Below, piece after piece: positions 41,040 through 52,716 of a stretch of DNA of 64,000 nucleotides. Position 1 is the first letter of the stretch. Every line of letters begins with the position of its first letter. The position numbers and the translations under genes are program-made. A model generated the notes under the pieces. That model was not told the DNA's origin, did no database searches, and saw only the letters and a list, made by a program, of their open reading frames with translations. Source of the stretch: Rhizodiscina lignyota (Eukaryota); NCBI GenBank assembly GCA_010015805.1, contig ML978140.1, forward strand, positions 310,001 to 374,000, written 5' to 3'.

Positions 41040-41834
41040 CTATTGAATATACGAAGCCTTTGTGATTATATCCTGCACGCACTGTGCCATGTTTTCCGTT
41101 ACACCGTGAGGTGCGACGGGAACTTCGTGGCCCCGACCGTGATCAAACACCTTCTTCAAAACACCGTAACGAACACTAGATCCTTCACGATCGGTCATTC
41201 CATCAGCACAAAGGTCTATCAACTTTATAGACTCGCCCAGGAGATCATCCTTCCGACCGATTATGTGTGCGGTCGGGACATTGATGACTGCGCCGTCCTT
41301 TTCTGGGCTTAGGAATCTCGGGACACCGCGACGGAGCGACTTCTCACAGTAAGGGGCCCCGGCACAGATGAAGATTGCGAAGGTGAAGACTGGGGCGAGT
41401 GAGGGTCTAGCCAAGAGCATTGCAGCTAATGCGGCCCCTTGCGAAAACGCCATGACACCATCAAAGGGTCCTTCACTCGCAATATATGCGGCCAAGTCCT
41501 CGATTGCTTGCAGAATAGAGCTTGCGCTACTGGGATCAAAATATGCCCAGTATCCAGTTGTTGAAGGGAACAGAGTAGATATGCCTGGATATGCTAATTA
41601 GCTAGAGATCGAGACGAGGGGCTTGAGGGAGACTCGTACCCGGGGCAGCGGGATATTCTACGTTTCCCTCTACAAACTCGAATTTATGTACACTTGAACA
41701 TCCCAATTGTGCCCTCAAGGCAAGAGTTTGCATCGCGAAGACCTGAAGTGGCGTTGGTACTGGATTTTCTTGGGGGAATGCGCAGTACTTACGTCGTTAT
41801 TTGTCCCCATCCCATGTAGACAAAGGACCCTCAT
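41040..41834 (-). CDS. FSH1-family serine hydrolase (LovG-like trans-acting thioesterase/esterase)
   Basis: MRVLCLHGMGTN, EGPFDGVMAFSQGAALA (Ser), HIIGRKDD (Asp) and DHGRGHEVP (His). Introns 41743-41792 and 41585-41639. Confidence 0.92.
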
Positions 41835-42348
41835 CTTGATTGAATTGTGAAACCAAGAAAACTTTGTGTTCACGCTGATAAGGTGGCAATCGATAGCTTT
41901 AAAATACCAGCTCTGAGATCTTGGTTCAGATTGTTAGACGACGGAGACTAATGAAGGTCAAAGCGGACTGACAGAAGGGGCTGCGATTCACTTGCCCCAA
42001 CCCTCAAGAAAGTAGGTATTCTATTGGACTCGCAGGCATAAATTTAGCCACTGGTTCGGCTATCTTTTCCAAAGAGAATCCAGACCATCTGCACGCACGC
42101 GCCTATCTCACGTTCGGCGTGGTGATAACACATCAGACGGTGTGCACATCCCTTTATACGAAGTCAAACCAGATAAAGATAAAGCTCATGCAGCTATATT
42201 TATCTACCAGCGCTGAGGTAAACGGCCGCTTCAGGCGCAGTGGATTCTTGGTTGTCATCTTTACGTGCTTGCGATTTGGGAAATATGATAGTAACACTAA
42301 TCATTCATATGTAAGCTCTTCAGGTGTGATACACACGGACAACAGCCC

Positions 42349-44021
42349 CTAGAGTAGTTTCCCATAATAGCTCGCAAGTGATATGACACCTAACGCAGTG
42401 CAAATCACTATCAACCACTCGTCCATGTTGGTAGAACGGATCCAAGACATTCGTGCATCTGCTGTCTGAAGGTGCATGGGTGACAGCTCGACGCCGCGGC
42501 CACCGTTTAGACTTGTAGCAGCAGCTGACTTCTCGCTTGGGTCGTATTCAAACCGTAGATTCCAGTCGTACATGTGCTCTTCAATCAAGTCGGCGGCTGC
42601 ATGTTTTCTTCGCGCTGCGACATGAGCTATGCGCTGCATACGGTGAACGTTGCGTCTAAACTCGCCGCGGGGATCAGCAAGGATTACGGCTACTGCGTTC
42701 GAAATGTCCGCTGGCTGGAATTTGTCTTTGCTAACTTCCACGGCGACACCAGCGGCCTTCAAGCGCATGCTTTCTTGGATCTGGTCTCCGTAGACGGGCA
42801 TCGATACCATAGGGACTCCATGGAAGAGTGCCTCGTTTGCGGAAGAAGGTCCGGCGTGTGTGAGAAAAACGCGGGTAGATGAATGATCAAGGACTGCTCG
42901 CTGTGGGGCATAGTCAAGGAAAAGCCAAGATGGATGTCGATTTTCGAGAAGACCTGCGAAGGTTTGATTTGTTGTGCCGTGAACAGGATAGTTCTTCGAC
43001 TCGTCAAATTGTTTTCGAGCAATCGATCTGATCGCCCAAATGACTCCGTCGATGCGCTGTTCAAGGAGAGCAAGCGCAAGCCCAAGAACAATTTTTTCCA
43101 GTTTCTCCGCAGTCAGTATGACATGTGTACCGAAAGCAACGTAAACGACGCTGTGTTTGTTGACCAAGAATTGCTCGGTTGCGTTGTCAAGCGGTAACCA
43201 GTCGTCCGCTAGAATGGGTCCCGCGGCTTGGACCAAGGGTGGCAGATCTTTGGCGGGCTCTACGCCGAAGAAATTATTGACCAAGAGAACGTGATCGGGT
43301 TTTGATTTCATCAGAGGTATTGTCTTGACGCCAGCCGCTAAGCGCATACGACGAGTCCAGAGTAACAAGTCCAGCAGGTGCGGTCCCCACCTCAACAGAA
43401 ACATTTGCTCGTACAAACGATCCCACAGGCTGGCATTTTCGCTTGTAAGGCATCGTAGCTGAAAGCCCGGTGATCCAGGGATCCACTTCTGAGGTAGCAT
43501 GAGCCAAGGCATCTGGCACCACATTTGTGCGAGTGGGATACAGTGCTGAAGGGCGACATCCTTCGCGGCCTCCACCTGGTAATCGGCAAAGATGAAATCC
43601 GGCCGGCTCTTTGCAATGACTTGGTTCAAGCCTTGATACGTCTCGGTCCAGAAAGAGTCGTAAAATCTTTTCGTTCTCAAGATGTGTCGCCTCCCGCCAT
43701 GGGTGGAATTGTCCCACCGGCTGAAGTTTAGATACAAGCGTTCATCCTCTTCCGCTGTCACGGCGCGACCAACGATGTGAACTGTAGAGACGAAAGGGTA
43801 AGGGGCGACCAAGGTCTCCCTCTCCGCTAATGTTGCGAACTCGATAACATGGCCGCGCGCGGCCAAGATGGCGCAGATCTCCAAAATAGGTGCTACAACT
43901 CTATCAGCATATGCTGCCACTGAAGCGGCGAAGGCAGACCTGAATTGGTGGAACCTCCAACGGTGACAACGACAAGTATCTTGTGCGATGGATGAATTAC
44001 GTTTGATTGGACGCTCATCAT
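42349..44021 (-). CDS. UDP-glycosyltransferase, CAZy GT1, with C-terminal hydrophobic anchor
   Basis: Probable exon 1 [27 protein letters not shown] (ATG at 44021), intron 43893-43939, then [21 protein letters not shown]. UGT signature YAPQRAVLDHSSTRVFLTHAGPSSANEALFHGVPMVSMPVYGDQ. Confidence 0.93.
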
Positions 44022-44606
44022 GGCCAAGTGTCGAATCACTCCGTTCAGTCACGGCGCAAATATGAGATTGTGCCTCCATATCCATCCGTGACAGTCACTC
44101 CTATATATAGAGCAAAGATATCGCATTAGATATGGGTCGTGTAGATGATGGACGTTAATATTGGGCGATCCGGGGGATGGTGTATGGTAAGTAACTTTTT
44201 CTTCCCGAATCCCTACCTAGGTATATTACGATCTGACATTTCCCTGCTCCAAAACCCATGTACTGTATATACATAATCAGGCCTCGGCCGGTGGTCGGCC
44301 GCCCAACCTCATTGACCAATATCCGCGTTGAGCAATCAGCCTTGGTTCCCCTGCAAATCCATATATCTTTTCTTCCTACGCCACTTTTTGATGAGTAAAG
44401 TACGATAAGCTCTAGCGAGTAAATAGAAGCGGGCCCACTCCATGTCCCAAAGCATGCCGTTCCGTCGATCCAGTCAATCGAATACGTTGCATCGACCTCA
44501 ACGGACATGTCTATGTGGCTCTTCTATCTGTTTTCTTCATTCCCTTGCTCTACTATTGCAGATCTGACGCATTCCTCTTATTAGCGGTCGTCTGAGTTCT
44601 ATAGGG

Positions 44607-46731
44607 ATGATGAGGAAAGCTGCTTTGTTCAGTTTTCGATCCAAACGACATGAAGGAGGAGCAGCAGAAACGTCTTCAACACTCGATACATTGTCGTCCC
44701 CAACAGCTCAGAACGATACCACAGGAGAATCCGAAGAAGACACGAGCTCACATGTTAAGGGATGGCGACTACACGTATTGACTGCTGGGTATGGTCATTG
44801 GTGAAAAGCTTCCGGACAACACCTTTGTACTCACGGCTTGCAGGCTATGGGTTGCTCTTTTTCTGTCCACTTTAGAAACGACAATCGTCAGCACCTCTCT
44901 AATCTCTATAACGGATGCAATAAATGGTTTCCGTTTGCGGGATTGGATAGTCACCGCATACTTGCTCACGTATACCGGTATGGACTGCTTCAGCTTCTCG
45001 GGACAATGATCATATACTTACAGAATTGTGCAGGATTCTTGGTCGTCTACGCCAAATTCGGAGATATCTTCGGACGCAAGAGCATGCTGATCCTCGCTCT
45101 TCTGATCTTCATTCTTTTCTCCATACTCTGCGGAGCTTCTAATCATATCACTGAGCTGTACGTATTTTCCCAGCCTTCAAGAAGGAGTTCTGGATACTAA
45201 ATAGACCTGCGAAGCATCCTATTCCGTGCATTCCAGGGCGTGGGCGCCTCTGGCGTCTACACCATGATCATAGTGCTTGCCCCAACATTGGTACCAAAAG
45301 CCGAGTTCGGAAATTATATTGCCATCGTTTCCACTGTCTTTGTCGTTGCCAGCGTTCTTGGGCCAATCCTCGGGGGTGTAATAAACCATCACTCATCGTG
45401 GAGATGGATCTTTCTTTTGAAGTGAGTACTTGTGGCAATGACAACTCCCAACTGTACATGGTGCTGAGTACTGACATAATTGCAGTGCACCAGGGGGCGC
45501 CGTCGCCATCGTTATCCTCCTCTTCTTTTTACCATCTTCCACTCCATCGCTAAACTTCAAGCTCCGGTCGCATCTGCGACGCAAATTTTCGAAAGCGGCT
45601 CTCGCGCGTATAGATGTACTTGGAATGTTTTTGCTTTTGGCTTCGTCAATTTTGCTGGTCTTTGCCTTAGAAGAAGCTGGCTCACGATATGCTTGGAAAA
45701 GCGCGCCGATTATCACTTCACTACTTCTGGCCGGCATTCTCGGCGTGGGCTTTGTGTGCTGGGAACTTGTACTCCAGAGATCATCCTTCAAGCAGGAGCC
45801 CGTCTTCCCACCGAGGCTTCTTAAGGGTCGCTTGGTTGCTGCAATGATGTTGTAGGTGAGGATGAGCTTTTGTGGAGATACGAGGCTAATAATGAGACCG
45901 CGCGCTAGAACAGCCTTCTTTATCGGGTTTCCTTTCGTTGCAATTGTCGTCAACATTCCCCAACGAGCCCAGGCCGTCAATGGTCGATCACCTTTTGGGG
46001 GTGGATTAGTCCTCCTTCCCCTCTTACTCGCATCTCCTCTTGCAACAGCGCTCTCCGGCATCTTGACCTCGAAGTTTAAAGTCCCGCCTTTCTATCTCAT
46101 CTTCTGCGGATCAATCCTGCAACTTGTTGGAGTTGGCCTAACCTGCTCGCTTCCGATAGACACCACGTCGAGAATCGCGCCGCAACAGTACGGGTATCAA
46201 GTAATCATGGGTCTAGGCTTTGGTTTAGGTTTGAGCACCATTCTGGTAATTGCACCTTTACTTGTGGAAGGATCGGATCTAGGTAAGAGCAGAATTCGCT
46301 CTACTCGGTGGACAGTGCTGATGTACTTCTCAACCGCGTAGCCGTCACAATGGGAGCGGTAACACAGATTCGCGTATTGGGAGGAACAATCTCGCTGGCG
46401 ATTTGGTATTTATGCGCCCCGCTCCCATGATATCTGAATCTCTTGCGTCCCTCCCTTTCACTTCCCGTCGGACTGACTCAGATGTAGTTCAACAATCCTC
46501 AACAACCATCTCAAAGGCAAACTCGCCCACTTGATCACGCCTGCGCAAATACAAGCGATATCGGAGAATCTATCGTCGATTCAGAGCCTGTCGCCCACGG
46601 AGCGAGCGGCAGTGCGTACCGCGTTTGCGGAGGGCTACAACAGGCAAAATATCTTCCTCACTGTATTCTCAGGGCTATCGCTCATCGCTTCGTTGTTCTT
46701 ATGGGAGAGGAAACCACGAGCTGTCACTTGA
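44607..46731 (+). CDS. MFS drug:H+ antiporter (DHA2/14-TM type), probable product exporter
   Basis: Multi-exon gene with LFLSTLETTIVSTSL, WIVTAYLLTYTG, YAKFGDIFGRK, FRAFQGVG, LGPILGG..WRWIFLL, NIPQRAQAVNG and C-terminal AFAEGYNRQ. Confidence 0.92.
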
Positions 46732-47784
46732 TGATGAAAAGGTCTAATCTTTACTGGTTTAATTTGACGCACTGTCCTGTTGCCCCAACCGTCCATGTGA
46801 CAGACAAGCGGTTCGGAGAAATTGATTAAGAGATCTTTTATTCATAACGATTAATGCAAGAATGGGTCCTGGTACCTCTATTACGAGCGTCAAGCAGATG
46901 GCGTCAGTATTTCCGTCACAGCCATGCATAAGCCTGTATTCGCAACGCTACACTTCCTGTACCACACCCATGCGTCTTCTTTACCGACCATTAAGTGAAT
47001 GGAAATGTTTGGGATATCCTCCTCCTAAATTACTCATTCCGTCATTCCATCTACATAGACAGAGCACTTGGCGAATTGCGACCCTTGGCCTTGCACCATA
47101 ACAGAGAATGAGAGAATGACACTGCGGCGCAGCCTTACTATGACATCGCATGTACACTTGCAGCTTTTTCATGAAAAGGACGTCGACTACTGGATAGGCG
47201 AGCAGACCAATCCATACGCCAACTACACTGCATTCGCCGCCGAAGGGAAAAAGCCCCATGCAGCGTTTATTATGCGTCCGCATACATCTTCGCGTATGAT
47301 AACGCGCCCCAGCGCAAATACATTCTAGCCAAGTGCTTCCAGGTATCAGCACGTACATACTCGGTTGGCTCTACCTCCCCAGTATTCAGTTATGAAGCGA
47401 GAGGCGGAGGGATGGAAGATGATGACCTATTCGGAATGATCAAGCTTAGGTAGTTAAACGTTGCATTCATCGTAGCCATGCAACGAAGATGCATCGGAGT
47501 CATTATAGCTTTACAGAATGCAAGTTCTCATCCCGGAACAATCAAACACACATTCAGAGGGCGTTATGCAAAGGGGATATTTACGCAGTTTATCACTCAA
47601 ACCGCGTCCCCAAGATAAGAGCCGTCCTCTTAATGACTCCCACAATAACCAAACACATGTTCAGATCACAGATGGAGATTCAGAAAAGACCCTCTTAAAG
47701 AAATACAGGAGAGCCACCCGGGGATTGAGAGACTGCGCTCTCTTCTAGCGTACTAGTTTATGGCAAACTAAATAGCCTCCCCAG

Positions 47785-48365
47785 CTATATAGCGCCATTG
47801 TCACGTAGTAGCTGGACGATCTCTTTATACCCCTCATGTAAAGCCGTCTGGAGCGCTGTACCTAATTGCCCCCATTTTATATTGACATCGGCGCCGTTGT
47901 CAAGTAGTAGCTGCACAATCTCCTTATCCACTCCAAACGAGGAAGCCGCCTGGATCGCTGTACCGTACTTCCCGCCTTGTATATTGATATCGGCGCCGCT
48001 GTTGAGTAGTAGCTGCATAATCTCCTTATGCCCCCTATGTGTGGCCGCCTGGAGCGCTACACCATAGTTTCCTCCTTGTACATTAACGTCGGCGCTCTGG
48101 TCGAGTAGTAGCTGTACAATCTCTTTATGCGCTCCAGCTGAGGCCGCGCGGAGCGCTGTACCAAGGTATGATTCCGTTTGCATATTGACGTCGGCGCCGT
48201 TCTTGAGTAGAAGTTGCATAATCTCTTTATGCTCTCTTCTGAGGCTACTATGAGCGCTGTCTCGTGGTGATCTCCCGCTTGCATATTGACGTCGGCGCCG
48301 TTCTCGAGTAACAGTTGTACAGTCTTTTTATGTCCTCCAGCTGAGGCCGCGTAGAGCGGTGTACC
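47785..48365 (-). repeat. Tandem ankyrin-coding repeats (about 99-102 bp period) with strong DNA-level similarity
   Basis: The motif atattgacgtcggcgccgtt and its variants recur near 48283, 48182, 48080, 47981 and 47879; protein unit TAL-x-AAS-x-GHKEIVQLLL-x-NGADVN. Confidence 0.9.
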
Positions 48366-51113
48366 GTACATGCATTGTTCATCGACGTGGAATTTCTTTT
48401 GAGCCAAGATATACTCGACGACCGGCTTTAGACCCACGTAGCTCGACAGAGTCAAATCATTGTAGCCTTCCCAATCATTCCACCGTGCCAGATAAGTCTG
48501 GTGTTCTTCGAAATATTCAGGCACCCAAGCCTTCACCTGCTCTCCAGCCATGTTACAAAGTGTGCGTGCCTTCTTGACTGATCCGGTTGCAACACTAGCT
48601 TCCTGCGAGATATAGTGCAAATGCCAGTGGGCACGGGCGTAGGAGAAGAATGAGGTTTGACCATCAGGACAGTCCTGGGATAGTGTGAGGTCCGGTAGCA
48701 GTAAATAGTCAAGGCAGACCAGCGACATCGTGCTGTGTGACTTTGGCATGTTGAAGCGCCCTTCCCACGTATTTTGTCGTTTAGGATTAATAAGGAACTC
48801 CCTCGCCGTCTGATGAATGAAATACAACTTTGAGTCATAGACACTGAGAAAGAGACCGCATAGATTTGTAACGTCGCCTCTGAATCTCTCTCTTGGCCAC
48901 AGCATTTTGCTCAGTGCCTTGTGTGATTCGGCCTGCTCTTCCCGTAAGGCCAAGGTTAATGCGATATTTGCCTCATCGAGTTCTAGCGGTCGCCCTGCAG
49001 AAAGCACAATTTGAAGAAGAGTCTCGGTCTTCTTTCGATCTTTGCTTCGGTGCAATATCTTTTCGTATGCAGCAGATATCTCGGGCGGTAGTTCGGACAG
49101 CAGGTCTTTTACATCTATGGGGCGTCCGTAACTGCTAGGCGTCTGTTTAATTATATCCACAGTAAGGTGGAGCCAGAGATATGTGCGATGCTCCATACTC
49201 TTTAGACGCGCACAAATTGTGTCCCGGTCCTCACGTTCGAATCCTCTGGCAATGTCAGGCATTTTAGCGTCAATGACGAGATTGATCTCTTGGCTGATTT
49301 GCTCGGACTTATCATCAACGTCAACGCGCAGATATCCGGCTGCACCTGAGAATTTTTTGAAAGATGCCTCCAAGGTGTCGTACGGGCGACTGGTAATGAG
49401 AAACTTGACCTTACAGGTGCTTCTCGACTTGTCATTCGGGTTGGAGTAGAGTTCTTTGAGCTTCTCGATCAATGCATCCCTGTCTCCTACGTGGCATTCG
49501 TCAAGAGCATCGAGGATGCAAACAAACAATTTCTCCACTATCCAAGGATTCGGCACATTTCATCAAGAAATCCCAGAGCTTGCCAAACATTTTGGGTAGT
49601 TCGTGATTGCTCTTGTGGCTGGGTAGTGCATTCTCGATCAGGCGACCTGGGGGGTCCTGGGTGAACAGCTGGTGGAGAATTGCGCACAAGGCATTATAAT
49701 TGTACATACGATTTGGGTCCCCGTCCTTGAAAAAGAAATGGCAGACGGTAGACGTCGTAACGTTCGTGGATAGCCGTTGCTCATCGACCAGAGCTCGTGA
49801 CAAGACCGACTTTCCACATCCAGGGCCGGCAGAGACCCAGAGAAGATGGGACGTGTTGGAGTCGCGCCATTTGTGGAACCTGTCATCGCTGAAGAACCAT
49901 TCGCATGTGCCTTCCACCTTCCGTGGGTTGAAGTCTTTGTGGCCCTCGTAGTCGGACGAGAGAGCTTGGAGGAGTTCTTTCTCCCTCTCGTCTTTATCGT
50001 GTATCTGGGTCTGATTTTTATTTCTCTCGAGGATCTGATGGATCTTGCTGAGAATTTCTCGCGACTGTTGTATCTCTTTCAGGTTCTCAGCCCACTGTCT
50101 CCTGATTTCGCCCTTCTCCAGGTGAGGAAGGAGATTGCTGCACTCATTACTCAGGTCTGTAATCTTTGTCGCCTTGGCATCCCAATCGTTCCAGCCGCTC
50201 ACGTCTTGCCATGCGCGGGACAGCTGAGATTTGGAGAGGTGGCATATGACACAGGCCTGGTATTCTACAATGTACGAATAAAGCTTGGCTAGAGGTTCGA
50301 TAAGGCCTTGGTAGTGTTGTTGTCGCGAGGATCCGAGGTAGGTCTTCTCGCAGATGTCCCAGTAGACTTGGACATCGCAGATGGAATTGAAGCCCTTCAG
50401 CATAGCCTCATTTTGTGTGGTGCCGCTCGTGAGTAGCTACCCGGGTAAGCATACGCGTGAGATGAGGAGGGTTCTATACCTACAGGGAGAAGCAACGAAA
50501 CACTAGACCATCCTAACGCTGCGTACGGCTGGGCGCTGATGGCGTTTTTGACTATCGGGTCAGACCAGAGGAGGAACTTAGCCAGCCTCTCGACTTGTTT
50601 TCGTATCTTGATATCCTTGCTCAGAAGCGGTACCTGCCACTGCCGCTTCTCGCGGTCTTCCAACAGCTGCTTGATGATACATTCAACGTCCCGTGGGGTC
50701 GAAAGATCTACGCCGCCGGATGCGTCGCCCCGCAGAGAAGCTAGGTGCTTCTTATAATCCGCCGTCAGCTCTGGTTCTCTACTTCGGAATATCTCGAAGG
50801 CGAGAGACCATGGATCGCTATCGCGGTTGGAAGAAGTCGCGTCAGAAATGGCAGGCGAAGACGCCGGTGCGGGTGAGACAAGAGAAGTCTCCAGAGGCTT
50901 TTGAACAGGCAATGCGATCTGCTCAAGAGACGACTGAGCGATACTTGTCACGACTGAGGAGGTTTCAGCTGGCACAGGAGCCACAACCAGCGGTGGAGCA
51001 GAGGTTGGGATGGGTTTTATTGCCGGAGTGTCGGACAGCGAAGCAACTCCGCTGCCAGCCTTTTCCTTTCGCCTTCCCAGCAACTTGTCTTTCACCCGCG
51101 AGAATCGTCCCAT
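47785..51113 (-). pseudogene. Fungal NLR-like gene (NWD NACHT-N-like domain, NACHT, ankyrin repeats) with two frameshifts
   Basis: PYAALGWSSVSLLLP, intron 50437-50483, EGTCEWF, P-loop SAGPGCGKS, Walker B (IV)CILDALDEC, YFIHQTAREFL and ankyrin repeats. A +4 duplication at 49520-49527 and a -1 deletion near 48233-48240 break the frame. Confidence 0.88.
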
Positions 51114-52716
51114 GATGTCTAGAAAATGAGCTTGTGTAGAGAGGATTTATGGCTGTCTGCAGAGTTTGATGTCAGACAAGGCCAACACTCGCCAGTTTGT
51201 CGCCCCGGCTGTACAACTGAAATTGAAAGTTGCGGACACACAGACGAGGCTGCAAGCGGAGTGTGTGGCAGCTTTATTGCGGGTTGTCGTGACAGCACAG
51301 CAGCTACAGCCAGCCACTAGGATACAGCTGAAACGTGCAGCTGCAGCCTCGCGAGGATGCGAGAGAGAGGGGCCAGACATTTTTGCCGCACACGGAATCC
51401 ACAGCAACGCAGTTACCAGAGGAAGGAGACTTGTTCCTAGTAGACTTGAGTACTGCACAGCGCTGCATGGTAAGCGTGGAGAAGACAGCGGCAAGGAATA
51501 AGCTACTAGTGAGGGAAATGAAGGGACTCTGAGTAGTTCAGCAATGGTAGGGTGAAACTACGACCTCTAGAGACGAGAGAATGGGGTAGGAAGATGGAGC
51601 TTAATACAGAGCATCCAGATACGCTGACTAGCACGGTAAGTACGGGTGCAATGCCGAAGCTATAAAGCAGATAAAGCCAGGCCCCCGACGCTTAATAGTC
51701 GCCTATCCTATCCCGGTTGGGGTTGTGACATCGACCTCATTACCGATGCGGCGAGCAACATCTACACCTATGTAGCCGAAGCAGACGACACAATCCGCCT
51801 ATACCACAGATGTTCACGAGCTATCGGTAAAGAGCGTATCACGAATTTTGCAACTTCACGACTCAGCATTTCTGTGATGAGCCCGAGTTGACCAAGGCCC
51901 TTTCAGCGATAGAGACGCGCAACGGACAGAACATTTCTAACAAGGACCTCCTGAAGCACTGATCCAAAGACTTCACAACTTGTGGTGTCATCAAGAAGGC
52001 CTCTTCAATCTATGGCCTAAGTCTAAGGAACTTCTCCTTCACGAGCCAAAGTGAAATCCGGTTGGCAAGGAACCCATCCCTACTATCAGGTAATACCAGG
52101 GCACGTTTCGTCACAAGCTGGCACACGAGAATCACCTGAAGCATCCCGAACTCCTTGACGAAGATGGAGTTTTCACAGAGAAGGTCGCTCGTACGATAAT
52201 GTGCTTCAAGGCAAACCTGTCGATGTATCATTCTTGGGTTCGCTAAAGACCACCAAGGACATCACGGCACACCCAGCTCTCATGTATGAGTCCGGCTCTC
52301 AATTCCATAACTCTTGAAATAATCTATTGAATGCTCGGAAGTCAGGCACTGAATGGCACTTCAGAAGCTTCGCGGCTTGTAAGTGAAGGTTGAGGTGAAG
52401 CGTTGAAGGGCCAGAAGAACCGTCAGGCCAGACGTCAAAGCTAATATATTAATGTGACGCTCGTGTGATATGTCAAACAAATCTATAGCCGGCTGCAACT
52501 CTCTAAGGTCAAAGCAGCAGACTCACATTTTTGCAGTGCGTAGAACGATAGATCCGAGCAGGTGGGCAATCAAGTCAAGATTACGAGCTCAACTTCTAAG
52601 ACATGCAAACCATTGCATTGTTTTCAACTACGTCGTGGAAGCAACATAATCCTACTTGCTCTATTTTGTAGCAAAGTCCATTTGACCTATGTTATGCTTT
52701 CGCAGAATGCCATCGC

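Larger units (their letters stand above)
29216..46731. other. Five-gene secondary-metabolite cluster (HR-PKS, FAD oxidase, serine hydrolase, GT1 glycosyltransferase, MFS)
   Basis: Five contiguous genes of biosynthetic or export type. Two divergent pairs (PKS/oxidase and GT/MFS) flank the hydrolase, and no housekeeping gene is interspersed. Confidence 0.9.

Noticed and set aside
37652..41949. Shared CGGAGACT 8-mer upstream of the PKS (37652) and the hydrolase (41942) as a cluster-specific TF site
   Set aside because: Only two copies were seen and none in the GT/MFS promoter; an 8-mer match between spacers of this size is expected by chance.
44022..44085. ORF-track start of the glycosyltransferase at 44085 (578 aa)
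   Set aside because: It reads through an intron; the spliced model from ATG 44021 gives a proper GT1 first strand.
46860..47360. Stop-interrupted + frame between the MFS gene and the NLR as a sixth cluster gene or pseudogene
   Set aside because: No recognisable family motif.
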